Assembly: GCF_001194135.2 (NCBI RefSeq)
Contig: NC_068994.1
Coordinates: forward strand, 20,808,215 to 20,872,214
From: Octopus bimaculoides
Taxonomy: Eukaryota
Length of the DNA: 64,000 bases
Direction of reading: 5' to 3'
Made by a program: the position numbers and the translations under genes. Below, one piece after another: positions 24,379-37,282 of this stretch. Each line of letters begins with the position of its first letter. Positions within the stretch are counted from its first letter, which is position 1. Under the pieces are notes generated by a model. That model saw only the letters and a program-made list of their open reading frames with translations, did no database searches and was not told the DNA's origin.

Positions 24379-24899
24379 CAAGACTGGATATCTGGTTCAT
24401 TACAAGTATAACCTATCAAAATTTTCCTCATCTCATTTGTGCTGGCAGAAATACAGCCTGGACTAAATATATTGATTAAAAAGCTCACCTAGCATCATTT
24501 GAACAAATAACTCTTAAATATTTTCTCCAAGTATGTCTGCTAATTATGATAATGTTTTCAAGGGGCTGATATCGCCAGATTCTCCATCACCTGTAGAGCT
24601 GCCACGTGATTATGTGATCCTTTGTAGAAATGATCCTAAGGGGTCATCACTTGCAACAAGGGGCAACACAGCCAATGCACTGGAAATGGGCAGTTACTGA
24701 GGGATCAGTTGATCAGCCAAGTCAAGGGCGTAGCGAATAAGTTCTTTAGCTAAGTCAATAGAGGATACTGTTAGCTTGTATAAGATGCAAGTTTGTTTTT
24801 GTCAAGAGGTAGAATAATTCTGATCACATATAAGCATGCAAAGTGTAAGTAATGTCACAATGTCAATTGCATGTATATATATATATATATGTAATCATC

Positions 24900-25265
24900 A
24901 TCATTATCTTTTAACATTTGTTTTCCATGCTAGCATAGGTTGGACAGTTTGACCAGAGGTAGCAAGCTGGAGAGCTGTACCAGGTTCTAGTTTGAATTGG
25001 CTTGGATTTTGTGGCTGGATGCTCTTCCTAATGCCAACTGCTTTACAGAGTGTGCTGGGTGCTTTTAACATGGCACTGACATGAATGCTTTTTGCATGAC
25101 ACCATCATCATCATCATTATTGTATGTCCGCTTTCCATACTGGCATGGGTTGGACAGTTTGACTGAAAACTGGTAATCTGGGGGTTGCACCAGATTCTGA
25201 CCTGATTTGGCAAGGTTTCTATGGCTGGATGCCCTTCATAACACCAACCACTCCGAGAGCGTAGT
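24900..25265 (-). mobile_element. Two tandem RTE 3'-tail fragments
   Basis: Each is (ATC)n...ccat.ct.gcat.ggttggacagtttgac...ggctggatgc.cttc..aa.ccaac, the reverse complement of the 58530-58699 tail. Confidence 0.75.
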
Positions 25266-25699
25266 GTGTGTTTTTGGATATAAAAAATATGAATTCTGTA
25301 GACAAGGTCAGAACAGTACTAGAGGAGTATTTTTCGTCCTGGACAGGTGAATTTTGGAAGAGGGACCTTGCAAGTCTACTAAATAGATGGAAGCGATTGT
25401 AGAAAATGAAGGAGAGTATATTTTAGATTGAAAAAGAACTTTGTAGCAGACATCCTGTCCTTTGGGCAGTTGTTGGCAAGTCATTAGAATGGAGATATGC
25501 ACATACACCCACACATATATATATAATGTATGTGTATGTAATTATATAAAGGTGATTGATTGACAGAGTCATTAGAGTATTGGATAGGATGCTTTGTGGT
25601 ATTTATTCCTGTTCTCTATGCTGAGGTCAAGTTTGTCTTTACTCCTTTGGAAGTGTCAATAAATAAAGAGTATATTAAATATAGAGGGAGGATTATTCT

Positions 25700-25702
25700 T
25701 TC

Positions 25703-25762
<60 letters not shown>

Positions 25763-25842
25763 TCTCTGTCTCTCTCTCTCTGTCTCTCTCTCTCTCTCTG
25801 TCTCTCTCTCTGTCTCTCTCTCTCTCTGTCTCTCTCTCTCTG

Positions 25843-25872
<30 letters not shown>
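25700..25872. repeat. (CT)n/(CTGT)n compound microsatellite
   Basis: Read directly; source of the SLSL / ERER ORFs. Confidence 0.95.
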
Positions 25873-25881
<9 letters not shown>

Positions 25882-26242
25882 TTGTGCTCAGATAAAAAGT
25901 GGGATGAGCTTTATCAGCTTCAAAAATACCCAAGATATGCTGTGTCTTGGCTGTAATCCTACAACTCCATGTGGGGTTGAGGGCTCCACCAGAACGTAAA
26001 TGTGTGTGTGATATCTACAGTCAAGGCTGCAGGTTTAAGATTAGACTTCCTAATGATTCCAGCACTTGCCCTTCATCCTCTTCCACAGGTGTGCTCAGTC
26101 TGCAATGCTGATGGATGCCTCTTAGATGCCTACATATGTACTTAGGTACATACATGCATGCAGACAAACAAATAGACAGGTGGTGGTTATGTGTTGTATA
26201 TACGAGTGTGCATGTTATTACTTTTCTCTCAGCTTTCTTCTA

Positions 26243-26249
26243 TGACATA

Positions 26250-26290
<41 letters not shown>
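26243..26290. repeat. (CA)n microsatellite
   Basis: Read directly. Confidence 0.95.
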
Positions 26291-26293
<3 letters not shown>

Positions 26294-26627
26294 TCCAAAT
26301 GCTTTATCTCAGGGAATGACTCATTTCTTTACTCTGCTGAGTTAAGTGTTTACATTTCTTTTTTTTTTTTTTTTTTAAGTCTTTTCAATCTTGTTAATAT
26401 ATTTTCTCTCTCTTCTATTACCTCAAATATCAAAGGACACTTAGATATAATTTATTCCACTTAGCAAATATTTTGATAGTCTTTCTACTACATAACAACA
26501 ACAGTGTTAACTACAATATTCCAAGGTTTTCTAATGACAAAAATCTTATATGTACACATACATATAGTAGCATACATGCATGCACAGTGACTTTACTTAG
26601 TTTAAAAATGAGGGTATACTTCAATGA

Positions 26628-26668
26628 ATAAATTTCAATGAGTAAATTTCAATGAGTAAACTTCAATT
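26628..26668. repeat. 14-bp tandem repeat, about 3.5 units (ttcaatga.taaat)
   Basis: ttcaatgaataaat ttcaatgagtaaat ttcaatgagtaaac ttcaat. Confidence 0.85.
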
Positions 26669-26821
26669 ATTTCCGTTTATTTAATTACTGATGATTCAAA
26701 ACTACATATAGACAAAATGAGAATTTTTTATTTTTTCAAACAGTGTTAAGTTTAAACTCACAAAAATTTTAATTAGCATTATGCAGTCATTGAAAGCAGA
26801 GTATATAATCCATTTTCTTAA

Positions 26822-27010
26822 CCCTTTCATTGTCATTTCTCTGTTGAAATACACTGCCTTTATTTCAATTAATTTTTTAGATAATGGAGAATTTCGTAAA
26901 ATAACTTTGTCACTATTAAGCTGGTGTTTGGTTCATAAATTAGCACAAAATTTTAATGGAAAGTTTTTAACTTAGATTATTTTAAAATATAAATTTCATA
27001 ATGACAGAGT
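26822..27010. mobile_element. Second TTAA-CCC MITE family, partial
   Basis: TTAA|CCCTTTC... with core attaagctggtgtttggttcataaatt. Inverted relatives at 40231-40449 and about 43660-43846 (ttccaaacaccagcttaatga). Confidence 0.6.
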
Positions 27011-27059
27011 ACCAAGATATGTGGTGCATTGTTGTACTCAAGAAGACCTGCCCACCACA

Positions 27060-27306
27060 ACAGAATTAAGATCCTAAAATCAAGGTGCCACACAAAAAGC
27101 ATTGGTGTGGGTGCTGGTGCCATGTAAAAAGCACCAAGTACACTCTGTAAAGTGGTTGGTGTTAGAAGGGGCATCCAGCTGTAGAAACCAAGCCAAAACA
27201 GACTATGGAACCGGGTGCAGCCCCTCACCCTGTCAGTCCCTGTCAAGCTGTTCAATCCATTCCAGCATGGAAAAAGGATGTTAAATGTTGTTGATGATGA
27301 TGATGA
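27060..27306 (+). mobile_element. RTE 3'-tail fragment
   Basis: gtaaaaagcacc...ggcatccagctgtagaaac...ccagcatggaaaaaggatgttaaa (GAT)n. Confidence 0.75.
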
Positions 27307-27567
27307 TAATTTTTTTTATCATAGAATCAGGGTCAGTCTCAGGCAGGTTGTTATCAAAAGGGTATAACCAAAATCAGGTATTTTTTTTTGCATATTAGAA
27401 GTTCCACAATTGGGAAATTCTTGAAGGTAATTGGAAAGGTTTTTAAAAATTGTTCTATTGTTGTTGACAAGTTGATAGTAAAAATTGTAATAAGAATTAT
27501 TTTGGTGAAAATCAATGTCATGTGAAATTGAACTGTCAGAAATTTTTTTATAAAACTACTCCTCACA

Positions 27568-27975
27568 GTATATCTTGTATCTTTTACTTGTTTTCAATCA
27601 TTGGACTGCAGCCATGCTGGAGCACTGCCTTGAAGGGCTTAGATGAACAAATAAAGTTCAGTACTTTTTTTTAGGTTTGGTTTTTATTCTATCAGATCTC
27701 TTTCACCTGGCCACTGAGTTATAGGAACATAAACAAATCAACACTGGTTGTCAAACAGGAACACACACACACACACTTACACATGCATGCACATGTGCAT
27801 ACACACACACAGATATACAACAAGCTTCCACATAGTTTCCATCTACCAAGTTCACTCATAAGGCATTGATCAGTCCATGGATATAGTAGAAGATACTTGC
27901 TCAAAGTGCTGTGCAGTGGGACTGAATCCAAAACCACATCGTTGCAAGCTTTTTGACCACATAACCAAGCCTGAA
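27568..27975 (-). mobile_element. SINE family A variant
   Basis: cttttacttgttttcaatcattggactgcagccatgctggagcac (3' end) and agtttccatctaccaa...agaagatacttgctcaaagtgc...gggactgaatcc (5' half). Confidence 0.7.
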
Positions 27976-30366
27976 ACTGCATTATGAAATGTAAATACAT
28001 ATGTTTAGATTTGGGTCCCAGACCCAAGCTGTTCCAATTTACTAAAAACAAATATGTCATCATTTTGAAATCCAAAACACTTCCAGTCTGGCCCCAAGTA
28101 TTTCAGGTAAAGGACTACCAACTGTATTTGTTGAACCTCAAATACAAATCTCACTTAATTTAAACACATTTTAGAAAAAAATATTTTTATTCTAATATTT
28201 GATATTATATTCTAAATAAGACAAACTATTCTTAACTATTTGATTATCTCATTCTAAGATCTGTTGTTGGGAAATAAAAGTGTTTATCAACAAAAATGTG
28301 ATCAAGAATTTCTTAACTGCATAAGCTGAAATAGAAATTTTTAGCCACAACTGCTGATGTTGGAGGCTCAATAACTGTGGTTTATCATATTGTAAATCTT
28401 TTCAATGAAACTAATGTTTTTTCTGACTATCTTAAATCAGGGTAGTAACTAAAGAATTTCTGAAAGAATGGATCGATACTTTCATCATTTGCTGATGAAG
28501 AACAGAAAAATGATTGCTAATTGACATTTTGAATGACATTTGACAGAAATGCTGCGTGCAGACTGGTATCGCTACCATAAAAAGATAAAACTAATTTTGG
28601 TTTGTAGAATGTGATACACATTAATAAAAAAAAAATTGTATATTTCTCTGGGAAACCAATGTGCCTGCATACAATTTGCTTGAGAGTATAAGAATTGCAT
28701 GTCTTCAATTAGATCAAAAATTTTGTGATTAGTTGAGTTGAAATTAAATTTGTTCATCCTCTCTCCTTCATCTGCCACCTTATCTCTTCCTATCACTCAC
28801 TCTTCTTTTCTCACACTTTGTGTGATATTCTCTATTCAGTCTCATTAACAAGGGATGGCATCAGATCTGTCTTTATTCAAAACCTTTCACCTTCATGTCT
28901 TGTTCTAAAGACACCCTACCATCCTCTTAAATCTCCCATCTATACACCAGACTAATGAATTTAAGGTGGCTTTGGCTGAGGAGACAGAATGATGTCAAAA
29001 CACATGATGTCCCAAAGTCCCTTTTTGCTAATGAATCAAGTATGTTATGAACATATATATTTATCTGAAAGGAGAAGTTTTTCTCCAATGATGAAATACA
29101 ATATTGATTAGCATATTCACAGTCTGAATCTGCCAGAATGAATATGGATGTCATTGCTCTGATTCTCACTATTCACTGCACACAACGATTTATTGTTTTT
29201 TTTTTGCTAGTTTGTTTGTATAGATGTATGTATGTATGTATGCATGCATAAAGGACACAAGCAAGGCTAAATGCAATATTGAGGTTCAAGGTTTCATCCT
29301 GTTTCATAGCAGCTTGAGGAAATGCCTTTACTTACAATGCTTGGGTGGAATCAAGCCTTGGGAATAAACTTGGTAGACATAAACTGTGTAGAAGCTATTC
29401 AGATGGACTGTACCCACGATTCAAAAGTCTAGTGTTGTTACATTGATTCTACTTGGGAATTGCATTAAAAGTACACATATCAATGGAAAATACAGCCACT
29501 CCACTTACTAATTCGATGGGTAGGTCATCTATTTGACTGAATAACTGAAAGCTCATTTGTCAAAGTTGATGGGAGAGTCCACTTCTCTCACACACACACA
29601 CATGGACATATATATATATATTCACTTTTTGTTTCCTTTGTGCAAAGAATTTTGTGTATCATCATCATCTTGTCTACACAGAGAAACCCCAATAAAATCG
29701 AAGTGAATTATCAGAGGCACTGATTGAATACTTAATATACTATTATAAATCTCTACTTACTACTATTTTTTAAAAATGAAATCAAGGCATCGATTTTTAT
29801 CCACTTTTCTTCAGTGTCTGAACATTTTGTACTTTCTGAGCCTGAATGACACAAATGTCAAATACTCTATTTTTTTTTTTTGCATATAGGGAAAAGTTCT
29901 CAACTTCTTTAAATTCCTTCAAATTACTTCATATTCTAGACACTAATACTCACTCTTAATATCAGAAGGATCTTATTTTATCATTCCAACAATGATTAGA
30001 TTGCCTTAGTAACATAACTTATCTACTTCTTGGAATGAACTCTATGCTATCTTAAACCATAGCCTCATCAATATGCTTAGATTTCATCAACTTACATGGT
30101 TGAAACAATATACTTAGCCGTAGTTAAATATTGGTTCATAGAGTCAGCTTACTTGGAATGCTGCTGCACTCCTTAAATATTATTATGCTTCATAGCCTGC
30201 AACATTCCTATCTATTCCTTTCCTTAGTCATCATTATGAACTTTAATACTAAGGGCTCACTTTTAAACATTTATTATGTTCTTGCTATTTCATTAGAACT
30301 TCCTTCCAAATTTCTTTTTCAATTCCTTGATTAATTCTACAAGAAGTTTGTTCCTTCTTTAACATT

Positions 30367-30984
30367 AATATGCAGAAACTATAGGAGAATCCCAAGTTTT
30401 GCTTTGAAGTATTCAAGGACAATACTACAAAAGATGAAACTGCTTACAATTCATTTAACTCAATGTTAAAATTTATATTGTGAAGGTGCAATGGCCCAGT
30501 GGTTAGGGCAGCGGACTCGCAGTCATAGGATCGCGGTTTCGATTCCCAGACTGGGCCTTGTGAGTGTTTATTGAGTGAAAACACCTAAAGCTCCACGAGG
30601 CTCCGGCAGGGGATTGTGGTGAACTCTGCTGTATTCTTTCACCACAACTTTCTCTCACTCTTACTTCCTGATTCTGTTGTGCCTGTAATTCAAAGGGTCA
30701 GCCTTGTTACACTGTGTCACGCTGAATATCCCCGAGAACTACGTTAAGGGTACACATATCTGTGGAGTGCTCAGCCACTTGCACGTTAATTTCACAAGCA
30801 GGCTGTTCCGTTGATCGGATCAACGGGAACCCTCGACGCCGTAAGCGATGGAGTGCCAACATACAATATGAATATGCATAAACTATAAAGAGAATCCCAA
30901 GTTTTGCTTTAAAGTATTCAAGGACAAAACTACAAAAGATGAAACAGCTTACAATTCAGTTAAGTCAATGTTAAAATTTGTATT
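30367..30984 (+). repeat. About 113-bp direct repeat pair (30367-30479 and 30871-30984) bracketing the SINE
   Basis: Hand alignment gives about 8 substitutions plus 1 indel. Confidence 0.9.
30480..30866 (+). mobile_element. tRNA-derived SINE (family D, tail type 2), CpG-rich and apparently young
   Basis: Head GTGAAGGTGCAATGGCCCAGTGGTTAGGGCAGCGGACTCGC...GGTTTCGATTCCC; body shared with 18615-18888; distinct 3' half ending gagtgccaacatacaa. Confidence 0.85.
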
Positions 30985-31279
30985 AACCTGTAAGTTATTG
31001 AGAAAAATTTCAGAAGTAACATTTCTATGCATGATTGCATGTTCAATATGCACCAGGTAATGTTCCAGTGGTGTTAAGTGGAAGGCAAGCCTCCAATAAT
31101 CCAACATTATGATGTAGTTTCAATCATTGCATTTCTCTTACACTGCTAATATCCTTGAAAAAGACATTAAACCTCATAAGCCCTACATTAACCTGTCTTC
31201 TCAATTGGATTAATCAACCTATACTATAAAACAAGTAGAAAATTTGTTTAATATTTGATGTTTTAGTTTTCATTTGAAG

Positions 31280-31642
31280 GTGTCTATGTGATAAGAAGCT
31301 TGCTTCCCAACCACATGGTTCTAGGTTTGATCTGACTGTGCAGATCAAAGCCTTTTGAGTGGATTTGGTAGACAGAAACTGAAAGAAGCCCATCATATGT
31401 GTGTGTGTGTGTGAGAGAGAGCGAAAGAGTTTATGTGTGTGTTTGTCCTCCACCACCACTTGACAACTGGTGTATTTACATTCCTTTAACTTAGCGGTTT
31501 GGCAAAATAGGCTGATAGAATAAGTACTTGGTTTTAAAAAAATAAGTACTGGAGTTGATTCATTCAGGTAAAAATTCTTCAAGGCAATGCTCCAGCATGG
31601 CTACAGTCTGATGACTGAAACAAATAAGAAATAAGATAAAAG
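31280..31642 (+). mobile_element. SINE family A with internal deletion
   Basis: taagaagcttgcttcccaaccacatggtt...gtggatttggtagacagaaactgaaagaagcc...3' half to aaataagataaaaga. Confidence 0.8.
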
Positions 31643-33009
31643 AATTATTTCACTCACATCAATATTTCCTTCCCAACCTAAAGATCTTAGGTTCTGTGTT
31701 GTAAGCAACATGAAGAGCTACCAACATAGAATCTAAATTTGTTTGAAGATTCAAAATATGGAAAACTGGAAATACAGCAACCACCATATTGGTTTTTTTT
31801 TTTTCTGTTGGGTTTATTATTGCTTAAATTATAGATGTAAGAAACATTTATAATTTTATGTTTGTTTTTTATATTATATTATATATTATTTATATATTTG
31901 AAATTCTCAATGTAATATGGACCTTTATTAAATATATATGGTGTTAATCATTCGTATGTATTCAAAACCCACTCTATTTGTAACTCACTAAAAAAATAGA
32001 ATAGCTGAAAATATATGTTAGATTTTTGGGTAATGAGATTATATCATGCACTTAATTATTAAAAAACTACTGAGCACCAGTTCTGATGTTCTCATTATTT
32101 AAACTGCATCCCCCAAATATTCTCTGATTACATTCATCTTTTATATGAACAAAACATGACTTTTTAAATACCTAAGTGTATTGAATATTAACAACAGAGT
32201 GTTAGAATGCTTAACAGCAAATACACAAGACGTATTTACTTTTGTAAAACATTATTATTTAACTTTCCTGATTGTTGTGAGGATATGAAACGCATACGAC
32301 CCACATCATGCAGATGATTGTCCTATGGTGGTACACTAAAAATTTGTAGAATGAAATTGTCATCCTGAACGTACATTTTTTCCTAGCAAAACTATCTTTT
32401 GTATAAGTTATCAGTTTTATACTTTGTTGGGCATATGATATAGCAAGCATGAAAAAAAAAAGTATCTCGGTGCTAATTGCAAGAAATACTATTGTGACAA
32501 ATGCACGGAGCACGTCATTCAGAATCCATTTCAAATCTGGTCTCAGTATTACTAATAATATTGATGGGAACGTATTAGAACAATTATTCGCTTATAAAAA
32601 GTTTTACGTTTTTGTCCTGAAAAACACCTACTTCTGACAAGGTAAAATATTTTTATTGTTGTAGGACTCTAGAAACGGAAATGGAGTGCCGATTTAACTG
32701 CTATTTCTTGCAAAGCGAGCGAGTGACCACACAGAAGCTCCCTCGTTAGTGAGTTGGTCTCAGGGAGACAACTCTTGGTATCTTATTATTTCAACCTGTT
32801 CGTTCATTAGAAAAATTTTTTTTTTTTTACATATTTTACTACTTGTAATATTTCAAACTCAGCAGTAGTGGAATTAAAGTGTTCAGTTACAAATTAAAGC
32901 AATGAGCTTTTGGCTGATGACATGTTTTCTGTCAATCTGAAAGTACGGTTCGGATTAATGACGATACAAGCTCCTTACCGATTGAAAATGTAGCAAGAAA
33001 AAGATAAAA

Positions 33010-33710
33010 TCTCTTGTTTCAGTCATTGGACTGCTGCCTGCCTGGGTACAGCCTTGAAGGGTTATAGTCGAACGAGTTGACCTCAGTAATTCTTTTTCTA
33101 TTTAACCTGGTTCTTGTATCAGTCTCTTGATACAGGGACGTAAACAAGCCAACACCTGTTGTCGAGCGATGGTGTGGGACAAACACACATGTGCGTGTCT
33201 TTTATCTTTCACGTGTTTCAGTTATTTGACTGCGACCATGCTGGGGCTCCGCTTTGAAAGGTTATAGTCGAACAAATCGACCCCAGGACTTTTTTTTAAA
33301 AACTTAGTACTTATTCTATTGGTAGCGCACCAACACCGGTTATCAAGTGATGACAGGGGACAAACACTGATACAAAGAAACACACACACACACACACGCG
33401 CGCATGTGTGTGTGGTGGGCTTCTTTCAGTTTCCATCTACCAAATCCACTCCCAAGGCGTTGGTTGGCCCAAGGCTTTTCTAGAAGACACTTTGCCCAAG
33501 GTGCCATGCAGTGGAACTGAACTTGGAACCATGTAGTTGGGAAGCAAGCTTCTGACCACATGGCCACGCCTACGCCAATACATGCAACAGGCTTCATTCG
33601 GTTTCCATCTACCAAATCCACTCACAAGACTGACCTGGAGCTATAGGAGAAGTCACACTAACACAAAAAGCATCACGCAGTGGGTCTGAACCCAGAAACT
33701 TGTGTTTGGT
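33010..33710 (-). mobile_element. Cluster of family A SINE pieces (two 3' halves, one near-complete 5' half, one short core)
   Basis: Repeated tcttg/gtttcagt.att.gactgc...ccttgaagg(g)ttatagtcgaac and tttccatctaccaaatccactc motifs. Confidence 0.75.
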
Positions 33711-34167
33711 AAAAATACATTTGTTTTATATCATGATCCAAATCACTGAAAATATCATTGCCATCAAATTAATTATATTAAAATAGAGGAAAGGGATCTT
33801 TTCTGTTTGGCTGCCAATTTGCAATCTCTTCAATTTCTGTTTGAATTGATTTCCTATTCGGTATAATGATATAGTTTTATGTGTTAATCAATGCCTTGAA
33901 ATTCATTTTTACGATAAATCAATAAATAAATAGTTAATAGTTTTTAAAGTTTGCTAATTTTGGGTAATTTTAGCCAATCATAAGCCACAGGTACATTCAT
34001 GTGTGTTTCCATAGTAATGAGCCAAGCATGAGAACTCTTTTGTCTGCAAGAAAGCATTTGTTAACAAATATATTCCACTCACTGAGGTGGTGGTGGATTT
34101 GCTAAAAATAACAGCTCAACAGGCCTTCAATCACACACCCCCAAATTTTTTGTTTTTGTTTTTGCAT

Positions 34168-34640
34168 AATCATATGAATTCCCATGTGTAGAATACAAAT
34201 TTTCAAAAAATTTCTGAAAATTCTGGATAATTAAAAAGTTATGAAGGGATGCATAAAGCAGAATTCCACCAGTATTTGATTTGTTTACAAAGAATAAAAT
34301 GTTTTGAATGACACCACAATATACTATAATACAAACAATGGACTATAAAAACTGTTGTAATTTAATCATCCACAATCTGATGTGATATTTCAGAATAAAA
34401 ATTCCTTCTTCAGATATCCTTAGGAATTGATGGAGCCGCTGCTATAATCGGTTTTCCAACAGCTTTTCTGTTTACAGTTGATATGTTCTGTCACGCACAA
34501 AATGAAAGCTTCCAAATCTTGTTCTCTGACTGGGTAAAAATTATCAAACTTTAAACCTCTATAACTTCTTTTTAAAATTTTTTCTGGAAAAAGTGAAATA
34601 TCACTTGAGATTCAGCTTGGAAAACTTCATTAATGTACCA
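34168..34640. mobile_element. Unclassified interspersed repeat (probably a DNA-element fragment)
   Basis: AATCATATGAATTCCCATGTGTAGAA is identical at 34168-34193 and 42210-42235, with similarity continuing to ...aaaaagttatga. Confidence 0.5.
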
Positions 34641-34791
34641 AATTTAAAAAATTTTAATAAACTTTGAATTTTTGAAAATTGGCAGCCAAACTGAAAAGAT
34701 CTGAGGAAAGATCTTTATATGGAAAGAAACTTTGATGCTCTGTGCTACCAATGGGATTTTAACAGAAAGGCGTATATACTCGAAAGTTCTC

Positions 34792-34837
<46 letters not shown>

Positions 34838-34990
34838 TAGAACAATTCAAATGTCATTTCTTTATTAACACACATGTATTATGTGGTTTTATTTCTTCTC
34901 TGATTTTCATCTTAATTTTTTATATTTTCTTTCTCCCTTATTTCCTCCTTTTACACAGTCTGATAACCATTTTTTATATTTTTATTTCAG

Positions 34991-35046
34991 TTTTCAATGA
35001 ATCCACAGCATGGGAGATGTTAGAGAAATTTGGAGAAGAAGGAAAT
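34991..35046 (+). CDS. Internal coding exon C (VFNESTAWEMLEKFGEEGN)
   Basis: Acceptor tttatttcAG, donor AAT|GTAAGT, 56 nt. G from exon B plus TT gives Val and the frame stays open; ends phase 0. Confidence 0.75.
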
Positions 35047-35299
35047 GTAAGTTAAAACAGAAAGGAAAAAACAGATAAACCTTTTCTTTCTTTTTTTCTT
35101 TTTGTTTACAGGATATGCTGCTGATATTTCTAGATTTACTAATGATGAAAAAAATTGAGTATATATTAGGGAACTGCTAGTGTATCAAAGTAGGTAGGGG
35201 AATGGGACAACTAGTTATGGAGGAGTCAGCTCTTTATCTCTTGCGACCAATTTTCATTTTTGCATAATTTAGTTGACAATTTATTCACCGCACTTTGTA

Positions 35300-35500
35300 T
35301 ATATATGTGTGTGTCTCTTTGTGTCAGTGTTTGTCCCCCACCATCTCTTGACAACCGATGTTGGTGTGTTTACGTCCCTTTAACTTAGCAGTTCAGCAAA
35401 AAAACCGATAGAATAAGTACTAGCCTTACAAAGAATAATTCCAGTACTGCAGTATAGCCGCAGTCAAATTACTGAAACAAGTAAAAAAAAAATAAAAGAA
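35300..35500 (+). mobile_element. SINE family A 3' half
   Basis: tttgtccccca..gacaaccgatgttggtgtgtttacgtccc...gatagaataagtactag...actgaaacaagtaaaa. Confidence 0.75.
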
Positions 35501-35539
35501 TATATATGTACACACACATACATATATATATATGCATAT

Positions 35540-35720
35540 ATGTATCATTTAACATCCATGCTGGCATGGGTTGGATAGTTTGACAAGATCTAGTAGATCC
35601 AAAGACTACAAAATCCTCCAATGACTACTTTGGCATGGTTTCTACAGTTGTATGCTCTTCATAATGCCAACCACTTTACAGTGTGTACCAGGTGCTTTTC
35701 TCATGCCACCAGCACTATTA
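35540..35720 (-). mobile_element. RTE 3'-tail fragment
   Basis: catccatgctggcatgggttggatagtttgac...taatgccaaccacttta...ggtgcttttc. Confidence 0.7.
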
Positions 35721-36034
35721 AAGTCACTTGAGAAACCTACTATTTCTCCACCTGAAAATTTAACTTGAATCTTTTTGGTAGTCTGCCTGATGATAAACCA
35801 TGTCTCATGGAACCTGTTACCCAGAAAAGGTTACCCATGTCTGGACTAGAGTCCGTTACAATGACTCCAAAAATTGACTAAATCATCTTTTATTGACTCT
35901 TGATTGAGGAAATACATAATTTAAATCCAACAAGAGTTGACACTCGAGGAAGAGAAATGAATGTTGCAGGACTCTACTGTTTCTATCAAATCATCACTTT
36001 TTTTCACTATCAATAATAATAATGATAATCCTTT

Positions 36035-36610
36035 CTACTATTGGCACAAGGCCTGAAATTTTGAGGGATGGGATTAGTCAATAACATTGACCCCCAGTGC
36101 TCAACTGGTATTTATTTTGTTGATCCAAAAAGGATGAAAGACAAAGTTGACCTTGAACTCTGAACTCAGAACATAAAGAGCCAGAAGAAATGCCACCAAG
36201 CATTTTGCCCAATGTGCTAACAATTCTGCCAGCTCACTGCCTTTATTATAATAATAGTAGTAACTGGTGGTGGTGGTAAAAATAGTAATAATTATAATAA
36301 TAGTAATAATAATAATAATAATTTTTTCTACTATAAGTACAAGGCCAGCAATTTGGTGGGAGAGTGCCCTATATTATAATGATAATAATAATAATAATTG
36401 TTTCTACTATAAGTTCAAGGCCTTAAATTTAGGGGCAGGGGATAGTCGATTACATTAACCCCAGTGCTCAACTGGTACTTATTTTATCAACCCAGAAAGG
36501 ATGAGTGGTAAAGTCAACCCCAGTGGAATTTGAACTTAAAACGTGCAGACAGAAGAAATACTGCTAAGTATTTCACCTGGCATCCTAACAATTCTGCCAG
36601 CTCGCTGCCT
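36035..36610 (-). mobile_element. Two tandem SINE family B copies (36035-36243, 36400-36610) separated by (AAT)n tracts
   Basis: Reverse complement of 43891-44103: ggcacaaggcc...ccccagtgctcaactggta.ttatttt...aaaggatga...aagt..acc...tgaact.a.aac...aacaattctgccagctc.ctgcct. Confidence 0.8.
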
Positions 36611-37282
36611 TAATAATAATAATAACAACAACAACGTTGACAACAGTTATAATAATTTCTTCTTACTTGAGCATGAGGCCACGTGTTTGTTTATGTACCT
36701 AAAAGTTGGTTTAACAAAAGCAGTAAAATATGCCTGAAGCATTTATTAAGTTGTTCTTTTGTTCAACACCATGTTTTCCTTTTCATAGAAGTGATGGGGA
36801 TGGATGGATAAATAGATAGGCACAGATTTTATATTGTTAGTTAGGTAGTTGCCCATAGCAAAAAAAAAAAAATCAACTTAACTGCTATTATAATTTGTTA
36901 TTCTAGTAGAAATAATCTCTTCTATTAACAAAAAGCTAATTTTTATGTTACTTTAGCTTATGCTTTTATAATTTTCATTCTTTTTAATTTGTGTTTATTC
37001 ATTCATAAAACTACTTTTTTGAAGTCACCATGTATTTTTTATATTCATTTATACTTTCATCCCATTTTTAAACAATAATTCTTACACCTGTAGGCTTTTA
37101 TTTTATCTTAAATCAACTCTTGTTATAGTGAAGCACCACAAGTTAATAAGAATCAAGAAAAGAAACAATTTCAAGTTGGCTGTTACATTGCAACTTCAAG
37201 AAATAACTTAATGTGATGTGACACGCACACACTCATTAAAAAAAAAAGAAACAAAATATATCAGAGTAATAACAAGGATAAT

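Noticed and set aside
24563-24700. GC-richer stretch reading GLISPDSPSPVELPRDY...
   Set aside because: It is phase 0 where phase 1 is needed, has no convincing donor and ends in a stop. It is more likely a decayed repeat.
29900-30360. Possible further CR1/L2 remnants (also about 20400-20760 and 44200-44650)
   Set aside because: Composition and a few residues are suggestive, but the motifs are too decayed to support a call by eye.
32460-32555. Cys cluster YLGANCKKYYCDKCTEHV, like a zinc finger or piggyBac cysteine-rich domain
   Set aside because: It is short and closed by a stop, with no adjoining transposase motifs or splice context.
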